Positions 11,801 through 25,600 of a DNA stretch of 37,929 bases are shown here, in pieces; position 1 is the first letter of the stretch, and each line of letters opens with the position of its first letter. The translations under genes were made by a program, and so were the position numbers. Location: positions 125,891,737 through 125,929,665 of the forward strand of contig NC_068984.1 of the NCBI RefSeq assembly GCF_001194135.2, in the 5' to 3' direction. Origin of the DNA: Octopus bimaculoides (lineage: Eukaryota). The notes under the pieces are model-generated. The model had not been told where the DNA came from. It made no database searches and was given only the letters and a program-made list of their open reading frames with translations.

Positions 11801-13119
11801 GTTATATTTCACTTCAGTTTTATTACCAGTCAGTCAAATAGTTATTCAGTTGATTAACTGGTTAAATAATTAGTCTGTCAAAGTCCTTTTATCACAGTCT
11901 GTGACCTTGTCAATGACTCTACACCCCCTCAAGCATCACTTTCTCTTCATCACTTACTACATGTTTACTATCCAACTTACAGGTCTTGTGGTCCTACAAG
12001 TCGAACAGGAAATGTGTATTTAGTGATGAGGCGAAAGAGTTGCTTCAGGGACATATTGATAGGGTCACAGACTATGACAAAATGATTTTGACAGACTAAC
12101 TGATTAACCAATCGCTCGATTGATAATAAAACTGAAGTGAAACATAACCAGTGTGTTCTTTTATTGGCTATATGCCCCACTCAGAATACAACAATATGTA
12201 AGCTTTATAGTTGACTTATGGCTAATCAGCACATTCAAACACAGTCCACTGAGCCTTCACTTCAAATATTCCATACCTTCACATTATTGGGGATCACACT
12301 GCATGTGCCAGTTATGCAAAATCTTTTTTGTATGTTAGTGTAGTGTTGTCTCGGCATGTTGCATTTCTTATTTATTCACTTATTTTCATGTATGCTTATT
12401 TTGTTTCTGTCTCTTGTGGTGGTCATAAGTGAGGTAGGTAAGGTAAAACAATATTCATATGTGACAAATGTGTAATTTCATTATGATTCACTTCTTCCTG
12501 TACAATGTTTGTAGCTATGCACTAGTTATTTACATCGATATTAGCTAAACTCAACACCAAAAAAATTGCAAGTGAAATGTGTCATATAATCTACTTCAAA
12601 CAATTGATTTCTTTATTATGCATCAACACCCACAGACTGATATATCTTCCTTATCTGAACACCAACCCATACTTTAAATGTATTCCTTTCAAATTACTAG
12701 CTTGTCCATCTTTTCTCTCCAACAATTAGCCTATAACACTTCAAGCAGTAACATCGACACTTATGCCACCACATATACACATCTTATCACTTTACTCTAG
12801 ACTAGGAAAGCTGAAAATATGCTAAGGTCTGTTTCCTCTTCTAAAATTGGACCAATATTTTGTACATTTTTTTTTTTTTTCCAAATGAGACTTAATGTTT
12901 TATATAACTGATGATATTTGTATCATATTTTATTAAGACAGCCATTTTTTAGGGGATGCTTTTGCAGCAGATTAGATGTAAAAAAGGGATCAAGAAAGAT
13001 CATGTGATATCTTAATATGGCTTTCAGAATCAGTTTTACAACCCCACAGGACAGTGTTATTAATATTGTTTTAGTTTACCTCATTATATTTCCATTGTTG
13101 TTCTGTTGTTGTTGTTGTT

Positions 13120-13163
<44 letters not shown>

Positions 13164-13921
13164 GGCTGCCATTGTGGCAAAATGGCTGCCATTGTGGCAA
13201 AATTTGAAACCATTATTATTATTATTATTATTATTATCATTATTATTATTATTATTATTAAAGCAGTGAGCTGGCTGAATCATTAGCATGCTGGGTGAAA
13301 TGTTTAGCAGTATTTTGCCTGTTTTTGTTTTGAGTTCAAATTCCACCAAAGTCAACTTTGCCTTTCATCCTTTCAGGGGTCGATGAAATAACTGCTAGTT
13401 AAACACTGGGGGGGGGGCGATGTACTCAAGCCCTCTCCTAACAAATTTCAAGCCTTGTACCAATAGTAGAAAGGATTATCATTGTTGTTGTTAAGGCAAT
13501 GAGCTGGCAGGGTTGATAACAAGCCGGACAAAATGTTTTGTGACATTTTGTTCATTTTTACATTCTGAATTCTAATCCACCCACGTCAGCTTTGCCTTTC
13601 ATCCTTTTGGGGTTGATGAAGCAAGTACCAGCTGCACACTGGGGTCAATGTAATCAAGAAACCATCCACCCCCTCACCCCAAACAAAATTTCACCAATAA
13701 GGTACCAGTCAAGTAGTGGAATCAAGGGTGTTGACTAACCCTCTACCCTCAAAATTGCTGGTGTTATGCCAAAATTTGAAGCCATTATTATTATCATTTT
13801 ATTTCATCTTCTGACCGGGTCTCAACCAGAGACCTAAGGCACATATATATATTAGATGGAGAGAAATTTTCTGAGAATCTGGGTGGTTGATGTCAACGCA
13901 GTTTTATTATTATTATCGTTG

Positions 13922-13959
<38 letters not shown>

Positions 13960-15796
13960 ATAATTTTTATTATTATTTCAGCCCTTTAAATTTTGCTACA
14001 TCCGTTGAAGATTATGAGATGCATGGGCCTCCAACCAAAAAGCCAAAGACTCCACGGGTAGGTTATCTTTTAATTCAGACATTTAAGGAATTTTCAAAGG
14101 AAGTTTACTTGCCCTCTGTAGCTTTTTGTGGTAGCTTCACCTTGTCTCACGCTGTCTTTTGTGGTAGCTTCACCCAGGTACCACAGTAACATCATTCTAT
14201 TGTTATATCAATAGAGTGCTTTTGTTTTATTATATACCTGTATTTAAGGTAATTAAGTTGGCAAGCTGGTAGAATTGCTACCACACTGAACAAAATGCTT
14301 AGTGGTATTTCCTTAGGCTTTTTACATTCTGATATCAAATGTTGTCAAGGTCATCTGCTGACTATATCCTCTCTTATGCTCCCTATGAGAGTTTGTTCTG
14401 GCACACCATCGCCACTATCCCTCTGTTTTATTTTCATCTTCTCAATTACTCATCCTTATAATGTGAGGTAGCCATGTATTATTTCTATAGCAAGGCACCT
14501 ATTCTTGTCCTTCTATCATGATTTTAGTTTCCCAGCTCCTGGCATAAAACCACTTCTCCCCTTCCTAACTTAGGGTTTTCTCTTTCTTGTTCTTTTCTGT
14601 CTCGCAACTTACTTGGCGATCTCACTAGTGCTGGTGGGATGAAAAATGTGCCCTGTAGACACAATAAAGTATTTGATGTTAGGAATGATATCCAGCCATA
14701 GAAAACATGCCAAAACTTCCGCTGGAACTTGGTGCAGCCCTCTGGCTTGTGTGATCCTATCAAACTATCCAATCATGGAAAACAAGCATTAGATAATAAA
14801 TATGGTGATTATGATGATGATGATGCCGTCTGTGTCCTGTTTATTCATTTCTTGTTCATTTAATGTCCATCTAATTCATCTAATATCTATATTTATTTAT
14901 TACAGGACCCAATGTCTCATCGGATTATAGAGAAGAGACGTCGTGATCGTATGAACAATTGTCTCGCTGACCTCAGCCGTCTTATTCCAGCCAACTATAT
15001 GAAACAGGTAAAGCATTTGTCTTCAATCAGCTGTCTGTCTGTGTGTCTATCTATCATTCAGCGTGTGCTTGTCTGCCTCCACGTCATCTGTCGTGTGTCA
15101 TGTGTTCATGCCTGTATATGTCTGCGTATTTGAAGTGGCAGTTAATTTATGTAGTTTTGGAGATGTATTTGTCTGACAAGTGATTTGATCTGAGACAGTG
15201 TGTTGAAACTAAAACAGTTATAGCTTGGAAGACACATATTAAATCTTCCAAAAAAAAACATATAAAAACTATTAATTCACTTAACCCTTTAGCATTCAGA
15301 TTACTTTGTAAAATGTAATACTTATTTATTCACATCTTTTAAAATTAATCATGTATTATCTTGTAGCTTTGGGATTTTAATGACATGGTTGTTTAGTTTT
15401 AGAATGATATTGTAGGGTAGATATTAAATGCCAGACCTGGTCAATTTGAACATAAAACAGGTAGAATATTTTAACTGGATATGGCCAGTTTAAATGCTAA
15501 AGGGTTAAACATTATTTGATGTCAAAATTTACAGTGCACCAACTGCAACTTGGTAACTGAAATTGCTGTGAAGCCGTGTCAGGGATCAGGCCACAGTTGG
15601 TGCAACAAAAATTTTGATTCCAAATAATAAATGTTTAAGTGAAGTTATCAGACTTTGTATATTTCTGAATGGCCAATATGTACCTTCATGGCTGTAATTG
15701 TTATAGTTCTGGTTGTTGACATAAGATAAATTTTGGTTACGTATGAGGATGTGTATGTACATGAGTGTGTATGTGCATGTGTGTGTATGCCAAAAT

Positions 15797-15845
<49 letters not shown>

Positions 15846-17138
15846 TTATGTATGTTTGTGTGTAAAATTCATTTTGACTAGACTTGATGGCTGGCAAAAA
15901 CTTCAAAGTCCAGTCCAAAAGAATTTTAATAATGATCTTAAAGCTACTTTTAGTTTTTGAGTTGCCTGCATCAATAAATGTTCTGTTGTTATTCTTAAAA
16001 TTTCTTTAAAGTTAGTAATGTAAATTAACATTTATGTATATATATATATATACATACATGCACATACACACACACACACATGCCCACACTTTTTCACAGA
16101 AATATGCACACACAATTTTATATACAGATATAATGTTTTATATGAGAAATATTGGAATTCTGAATCAATTGTGTTTTTTTTTGTTTTTGTTTTTTTAAAC
16201 CTGCCACTCTTTGACCTAATTTTTCATTGTCAGTTATTTTTGATTATCTGCAAATATTATGTTGATCTACCAAATCTGCATATGATATGTTGATTAAATT
16301 ATCTACATATATTATGTTGAATAAACTAGTCTGCATATATTATGTTGATCAACCAATCAGGACTGTTTGCACAAGCTCAAACCCCACCCAACCACCCAAA
16401 CTGTAGTTCATAAGCTTATCATTTCTGACAATAAACATTACAAAAATAAATGAATAAAAATACAAAGAAAGATTGTTTTCTTTTTCCACTTTTTCCTTTT
16501 TTTTTTACCATATACTCATGACTTCAAACCTCACTTCCACAATTTTGCTGTAGCTCTGTTTGCCTTGGGTTAAATAGCAACAAGATTCACAAGAAATAAG
16601 AATAACATAACAAAAATGAATTAAAAAATCTCCTACAACATTAACCCTTTTATTCCCTGTACAGTCAATAAAATCAGTACCACTCATATACTAGGATTTC
16701 ATTATTGACCTTTCCTATATACCTTTCCTAATAAATGTAGCCATGCTTATAAGTTCTTAGTTCTGCATCTCCAGTTTTCTAAATTCATATTCTACTGGGA
16801 CGTATACTTTGCAGTTTATTCCACCCAATGTCAATAAAATAATTACTGGACATATTCTTAAGTTGGTTTGTCGATTATGCTTCAGCCTTATATAAAAAAA
16901 AAGAAAAGCACTCCTTTTGATGTTGTTTTGTAGTTTCCCCAATAGAAGTTCACTGCTACAATCTGAGCTGGAGTAGCAGATTTGTCTCAACTCAAATTGT
17001 CTTGAGATTTGAAAATATCTGGGGGAGACCTCAATCATGAGGATTGTTCTTTGACCTAGTTTGGTAGAACAATTTGCCCTTTGGAATATTGTTACACATC
17101 AAAAACACTGTTTCATTGAAACCAAGAAATCATCTTCC

Positions 17139-17182
<44 letters not shown>

Positions 17183-17495
17183 GCCATTAAGGCAGCAAAC
17201 TGGCAGAATCACTAGCATGCTGGCCAAAATGCTTAGCGACATCACCATCATCATCATCGTAGTTGTCATCATCATCATTTTAAAATCCATTTTTCCATGG
17301 TTAGAATAAAAGACACTTTCTCAAGGTGTCATGTGGTGAGACTGAACCTTGAACCATGTGGTTTGGAAGCAAACTTCTTACCATACAACTCCACACCTAT
17401 TATGATCTCTTATCAGTTTCTGAACACCTTTTGCTATAGCTCTGTACAATCAAGTCTATGATATTGTTTCAGCTCTGTTAAAGGTATAAACACAA

Positions 17496-17526
<31 letters not shown>

Positions 17527-17746
17527 CTTCTAACTAGTCAAAAGAAACCACTAACCACCAGAAATAATTAAAAGTGCCAGACTATAAACCCTGTAAATTT
17601 ATAAAGACAGATGTGAAACAATGTAACACACACACACACACACACACACACTGTAATTGTTTTACAAATTAATTCAGTTTGCTCTAATTCTTACATACAT
17701 ACACAAACACACACACACACACATCTATATATTTGTACATACACAC

Positions 17747-17782
<36 letters not shown>

Positions 17783-18743
17783 ATTAGTATGTGGATGAAA
17801 TTTAAGCTCTTTTTTTCCACAAGAGTAGAGTACTTGGGGGTATTTAGTAATGATTCACATAGATATTTAAAACACAAAAAAAAAAAACCTGCACAAAAAT
17901 TAATGAAATCGTCTAAATTTGTAGATATACCCAACCCATGTTAACATAAGAATTGAGTTGCCTCTGATACTAGGAAGTCCTGACTACCCCCAAATGACAT
18001 TCTCAAACTGCAATAGTCCTGGTTTGCTTAATTCATTCTAGTCCTTTGAATTGCAATCTGAAACCAAAACTGTTGTACTTACAAATGTCTTTCTGAATTT
18101 GAGCATTTTTCAGACAATACTTTAATCAATATTACCATTTATTATATCTATAAACTAAGGTAAGTTTTTTTTTTAATCCCACCCTGCCACACCTGTGGGC
18201 TGTTGCTTTTGGCAAACCTTTACATATGACTTGAAATTTCTGACATACATAAAGACAGGAATGAAAAAAACAAAATAATTATAAAAGACTGAGTATGAGA
18301 TTTTCTATTATTATTAGTCATTAGTCATATGTATATGTATGTGTATGTATAGGCATAGTGATACTATAAACCAGTTGTTAGGACTCCATATACATATGCT
18401 TTGGAATAAGGTGTTAGGTAAGTACACAGTGCTGCAATATAACTTATTGACTGATAAGGGAATGGGAATTCCATAATCAACATCTTTTGCTTTACAGCTG
18501 TTTCTGATATAAGAAGCAGTTCACTCAGAGCTGAATTCTTGCACAACATTTTATAACTTTTTCAGAACCATTGAAAAAGAAAAGAAGAAAGCTATAAGAT
18601 GTTGAACTGGGATTCATTTCTGAGTGCACAAATTCTTATAACAGAAAAAAGGTGTAAGCTGTTGAAGTTGATTATGTAATTCCTGTTCCGATGTCATTCA
18701 ATAATCTATATATATGAGTGTGTGTATAGGCACGTGTGTATGC

Positions 18744-18805
<62 letters not shown>

Positions 18806-21800
18806 GCAGGCAGGCAGACTGATAGATAGACAGACAGATAGATAGATAGACAGGCAGGCAGGCAGGCAGACTGATAGATAGAGAGATAGACAGACAGATA
18901 GATAGATATAGATATGTGTATGCTTGAGTGTGCATATCATCATCATCATTTAACGTCCATTTTCCATACTAGCATGGGTTGGACGGTTCGACTGGAGTCT
19001 GGGAAGCGAGGAAACTGGCAGTGTTTCTACAGCTGGATGCCCTTCCTAACGCCAACCACTCCGAGAGTGTAGTGGGTGCTTTTTACATGCTACATTCCCA
19101 GATCAAGCAGTGCCTTGTATTCTTGAGCAGAACACTTCATTTCAGGTTGTTCTGCATTTATTTAGACATCTGATGTTTGATACACTTATGCACTTGTACA
19201 GGCTACAACGTTGATTTGATGGAGTGAGCAAGCTGATGTACAGCACATATTTGATCGCTATAAACAAACCACTTGTGCAGATTGCTCAGCAAAAACTGAA
19301 CACGGCAGCGATACTGGATATTAATAGTTATTGCCAAGCTAACGAATGCTGCCATTGATTAGCTCCAAGAGGCCATCGCCTCTATGTGACACACAAAACT
19401 GTGTCCATCATCATCATCATCGACTGGACACAGTTTCGTGTGTCACATAGGTAGCCAGAGGTGATGGCCTCTTGGAGCTAATCAATGGCAGCATTCGTCC
19501 TATTTTTCTGGACTGCCATGTTAGCTTGGCGATAACTATATATCTATATATATAGTGGCTTCTCTCTCTCTATATATATATATACGCACACGCATATTCA
19601 TGCATATACATAGATAGATAGATATATACATTATATGTACATGCTTTCTATGTGTCTAGTTTTAGAACAATACAGCTAAATTTTTCTCAGGCTTATTGAT
19701 AACGTTTATGTCAATTAAAAGTCTTAGACAGGAAACTAAATCCAGCTCATCAGGTTAAATTAAATCTAGCAAAAATATGAAAGTAAAATCACTAGAATGA
19801 CACATTCTTAGGGAACAGAATATCTCCAGACCAGCTCAGTTTGCCCATGACAATGACTTTCAAAAGGGTCTTTGAAATTTTTTTGGAAGACCAACATCGA
19901 TATTTTATTGTCTTAGTTTCAATAGAAAATATTTTTTTGTGGCTTCAATGTTGATTCAGTGGTCTGTTTATAACATATATATATGCATATATATATATAT
20001 ATATTTATAAATATATGTATGTATGTATATATATCATGGTTTTTTGGTTGTATTTTTGTTGTGGATGCAAATTGCAAATTTCTCATATATCTTTTGACCT
20101 GTCTTTCTATGTTCCCAAACAGACATACATATATAAACACATTTATATACACACATGCATATATATGTGTATGTGTGTGTGTGTGTATAAATATACATGT
20201 ACATATATATATATGTGTGTGTGTGCATACACATGTGTGTACATAATATCTATATACATATACCACATACATGCACATATATGTATACACACTCACTCAT
20301 GCATAGCTATGTATATATATATATATATATATATGTATATACACACTCACACACATAGCTATGTTCATTTATATATGAAAATCAAATCTATATTTATATA
20401 TGTATTTGTATGTATGTATATATGTGTGCCTATATATGTATGTATGTGTGTATATATATATATAGATATATGTATATATGTTCATGTGTGTATGTATATA
20501 TATTTTTACCATTTAATATATAAATGTGTATATATATATGTTTGTGTGTGCGTATGGTGTACATTATNNNNNNNNNNNNNNNNNNNNNNNNNNNNNNNNN
20601 NNNNNNNNNNNNNNNNNNNNNNNNNTATGTATGTATGTATCTATGTAACCATTATAGCTTTTAAATCCCAAACTCTATGCTTTTATCTGTTAACTGTTCA
20701 TTGTACAACATTAGTGCATGTTTAAAACTTCTGTAATCTGCAGATATTCTCAACAAATATTTTAGTTATCGTCTGAAAGGCTCCACATATTATTAGTCTG
20801 TTTAGTTCTTTATATATTGCTTAATTTTTGTGCACATTCTTAATCTTAAGAAACATTTGATCCAGAAAGCCAATATGTAGAATGATCAATGATTTTTATC
20901 TCCCATCCCTATTCATGAGGTAGTTATAATACTGCTATTCATTATTTCCCACATTTCAAATTGAAATAAAATGAATGAAAAAATACCCTAAAACATATAC
21001 ACATGCATAGCAGGCTTCATACAGTTTCACTCTACCAAATTCTCTAGCAAGGTATTGTTCAGCCTACCTAGTGCTGCAAAAATGACCCCCAAAGTGCCAA
21101 GGTGCTGTACAGTGCTGTAGTTGAGAAGTAAATTCCTAGTCAGACAACCATGCCTGCTTGTATATATACTTTTCTAACGTTTATTCTTAAACAAGAATAT
21201 TGTTGACTGTGACTTCGAAGTTTCAGCCAGTGTCCAACAATGGCTTAGCTGGCCAAAATTTCAAAGTCACTGGCAACAATATTCTTGTTTAACAATGATA
21301 AATTTGTACTCTACAAAAGCATAGAGTAACCCATCAGATTAATGTAAAATTGTTTTTATTATAACTAAATATAAAAACAAACATTAACCTTATATATATA
21401 TATATNNNNNNNNNNNNNNNNNNNNNNNNNNNNNNNNNNNNNNNNNNNNNNNNNNNNNNNNNNNNNNNNNNNNNNNNNNNNNNNNNNNNNNNNNNNNNNN
21501 NNNNNNNNNNNNNNNNNNNNNNNNNNNNNNNNNNNNNNNNNNNNNNNNNNNNNNNNNNNNNNNNNNNNNNNNNNNNNNNNNNNNNNNNNNNNNNNNNNNN
21601 NNNNNNNNNNNNNNNNNNNNNNNNNNNNNNNNNNNNNNNNNNNNNNNNNNNNNNNNNNNNNNNNNNNNNNNNNNNNNNNNNNNNNNNNNNNNNNNNNNNN
21701 NNNNNNNNNNNNNNNNNNNNNNNNNNNNNNATAAATGAAAAAATGCAAATAAATACCCATTAAAAAATAAATAAATAGATAGATAAAAAAATCTACCCTT

Positions 21801-21816
21801 CCACAATGCAACAATT

Positions 21817-21887
<71 letters not shown>

Positions 21888-22573
21888 ATTAATAAAATTT
21901 AATCAGATGTAAAAAAAAACAACTGCCAATGAGAACATGAAAGAAATTTAATCATTGATTGTTTGTTTGTAGTGCCAACCCCTTGATTCTGCTGCTTTTA
22001 CATCCCTTAGTATGAAATAAATTAAATATTGTCTTATGCTTGCCCCTGTTTTCAGGTCTTATTACAAACTGTCTTGTTATATATATATATATATGTGTGT
22101 GTGTATGTATATATATATATGTATATATATCGTGTTGTCAATGTAGTTGATGTTGCTGTTTTTGTTATCACTAGTTATATTGATATTGATGTTTGCAGAG
22201 GTTGTATGAAGTCCAGCAGTATAGCTAAAATGTGTGTATGTGAATATACGTACATATGTGTTATATGTATTTATGTGTGTGTGTGTGTGTGTGCAGTCAT
22301 TACAGAATATAACTTGCTTTTCTTCTATTTTACAGGGCCAAGGTCGTATTGAAAAGACTGAAATTATTGAGATGGCCATCCGACATATCAAACATTTGCA
22401 AAACATTCACAGATCTCTGGGTATGTGTTCCTTCTCATTGAGTTATTAGTTTCAATTAGTCTTTGGGTTTAATTATAAATGTGGCAGCATTCATTATAAC
22501 AAGTCTCTAGACTGGTTTTCTATACACTTGCTCTCTTCAAGTCACTATATATATATATATAAATATACATACA

Positions 22574-22671
<98 letters not shown>

Positions 22672-25600
22672 GAAAATGGGACAAGAACGCAAAGCATCCA
22701 GATAGTTAGGTGATACAAGAAAGGGACAACAAAACATCCAGCTAGACGATACAAAGAAAACAAGGACGGGTCATTCAGAATAAGTATGGTCAATCTGTTC
22801 AACTAAACCATTCACAGTGGTACTCCAGAATGGGCACAGTCCAATTATTGAAACAAGTAAAAGATTAAGATTTTCCTTCTAACTTTCAACTTGAAATGCT
22901 GTCATCATTATTATTTAGCAATGTTCTTGTGGTCTTTTAGAATATTATTTTTAATGTTTCTCTATTTTTTTCTTTGAATCCACAGTAAACCAGGGACAAT
23001 GTTGTGCAGAGAAATTCTATCTTGGTTTCAAGGAATGTGAAGCTGAGACAATCCGCTACTTTGTAGAATGTGAAGGTCTAGACAACAAAGACCAGTTCTT
23101 CATGAGAGTTATCAGCCATCTGGAAGCTGTCAGTAAAAAACATCTTGCTACAGGTCAGTAATTTGAGCTCTTGCCCAATTTTTACTTCAGCCCTTTGCTC
23201 CCTATAGAGAATAGGTCATCGGTGACATTTCTACACTGCTTTTGATGCTGGGATATCTTTTTCGCTTCTCTCCAGTTGGATTCCTGCCCTTTCAGCTCTT
23301 GTTCTTGGACTGATAGGATTCCAGCTGATAAGAGAGGAGGCCTTCTTCATCCAAGTCTCGTTTTGAACTGTCATCAATACTTCTGTAACTTTTTTCTAGA
23401 TAGGGATGTTGGCCCAATGCAAACCTATTTTCTCCTCTGAGAAGATGCATTCCATATTTGCTGACCTGTATCTTTTGACTTGTCTAGCATGGAAGGCCCA
23501 ACTAGAAGATTGCACTCTACTGGCGTATCTCTCAGGGGTCATTGAGAGTCAAACAGGCCACCACACCACTACAAGTACTGTCAGAATTGCTGGCCTTGTG
23601 GTGGTTGATGTATAATTGGCTGTGTCAAATTATTGTTTTTGTTTTTTGTTTTTTTTTTTTGACTAGGTGGTACCCAACATCATTTGCTTGCAGTACCTTG
23701 TTCCTTATGTTCTCGAAATATATTTGTGAATAATATGGTTACAAGTAATTCCTAAGACCCATCTTTGGTAATGTGGCAGTGCGTCATGTGTCTTCTTATT
23801 TGAGAAGTCCAATGTTCTGATGTCTAACCTCCCAACCATTTCTATAACAAAAACGTATGCTATCCCTGCTAATATAGTACATGTGTGTGTGTATGTATTT
23901 CTTTGCTTAGCTCTCTATCAATTTTCACCGTTACTTTTTTAAATTTTTTGCAGGAACACAAAACTGTACTGACTTCCCAAAAGAAGAACCCAGTTCCGGA
24001 GACAAAGCCAACATATCGTGTTCATCACTAAATGCCGAATGTGATAACAAAATGAAGAGCAATGACAGAACACTACAGACAGTTCCGGAAATACTTGCCC
24101 CTTCACATGACTCAATCAATTCAGCAGCAAGTAAACAACTTCGGTCTCTGTTGTCTCAAGGAAATGCTGGCTTTGAGCAACCTGACAGTGGTAATGCTAG
24201 CTGTGCCGATTCTCTGGGAATGTTTTCAAGCAGTGAATCTAGTATCTCTGGAAACAATGCTGATGAGGTCAACATGAACATGAACAATGGTGAAGGAGAC
24301 ATGCATTACCATGGAAATGTTGGTTCTGAGAATGGATCTTCGAGTGGAAGCAGCAAAGAAAATAAGTTTACCAATTACAAGTTTAAGCATGACATCACAA
24401 AGCGTTTCTCGGAAGAGGAGAAGTACAGCGTCGATATCTCGGCTTCGTTGACTCAAGAGAATATCATAGAATACCAAGAGAACCATAACTATGACAAACT
24501 TGGATATGAAAAACACAGCAAAGATAAGCATGGATATGATAAACATGGTCATGATAAACATGATAAACATGGTCATGATAAACATGATAAACATGGTCAT
24601 GATAAACACAGTCATGATAAACACGATAAACATGGTCATGATAAACATGGTCACGATAAACACAGCCATGAGAAACATGGATATGATAAACATGAAAAGC
24701 ATGGATATGATAAACATGGTTTTGAAAAACACGAGAAGTTATCGAGTAAACTAAAACGGAAAATTGTGCGTTCCATGTCACCAAGTTCTTGTTCTGATTC
24801 CACTGCATATCCAACTTCAGAACACAGCTCAAACGGTGCCAGTAATAATGTTTCTACAATGCTTTGCCATTCTCCTGAAGACGAAACGGTCAACAATGGC
24901 GTTCACCTACCAGCTTTTGTACTGCATCCCCAGGGCACGCATTACCTTCCTCTCACAATCCAGCAGTCGTGTTTCCAGAACAGTCTGCAACAAGTGGAAC
25001 GGACGCAGCAGCCCATTGTATTCCATCCTATTAGTATCCTCGTCAATTTTGCAACACCTGGTCTTGTCATCCAGAATGCCGAGTCGTTTGTTAATAATGC
25101 TGCCTTGGATGTTACATTTTCTTCGTCGTCTTCTTCATCTACTTCGGCTTCAGCTGCTGCTGCTGCCAATGCCGCTGCCGACGCCACTGCCGATGCTACC
25201 ACTTCCGCTGGTGCTCCGCTGGCAGAGAATGGCAATTCCAACAACGCCCGCAGCATAACTCTTGTTAACAGCAACAACAACAATAACAATAATAATTGCC
25301 CAAGCCCTGTGATCAACAAGCCCTCCCTCTCTCACAACTGCACTACAATAACTTCTCCCTACAATCTCAGTCCGGCGAATTCGTGCCACAGTGTTGGTAG
25401 CAATAATAGTAGTACTAGTAGTAGTGGTAGTAGTAGCAGTAGTGTTACTGCTGTTAACAACAACAACAATAACAACAACAACAGCACTGTCAACACTACC
25501 GCCACCATACCACTCAATGCCATCCAAGCTAACAACCACATGTCGCCTGTAAAACATGGCAATAATACTGACCACATGAACTCTGGTCCTGTTGTGGTCA

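Noticed and set aside
12021-12040. GTGATGAGGCGAAAG inside the MITE core
   Set aside because: It lacks the core C3 and has no real stem II, so it is likely chance.
15535-15604. 11-bp inverted repeat (tgcaccaactg/cagttggtgca) as a pre-miRNA
   Set aside because: The interior pairs poorly and the stem is too short.
22991-22993. Alternative acceptor CAG 8 nt downstream of the Orange-exon acceptor, giving a bHLH-only truncated product
   Set aside because: It causes a frameshift with a stop at ~23040 (probable NMD). The first AG after the pyrimidine tract is the expected site and nothing supports use of the second.
24484-24738. CRISPR-like regularity of short repeats
   Set aside because: There are no unique spacers and no cas genes, the context is eukaryotic, and the repeat is in-frame protein coding.
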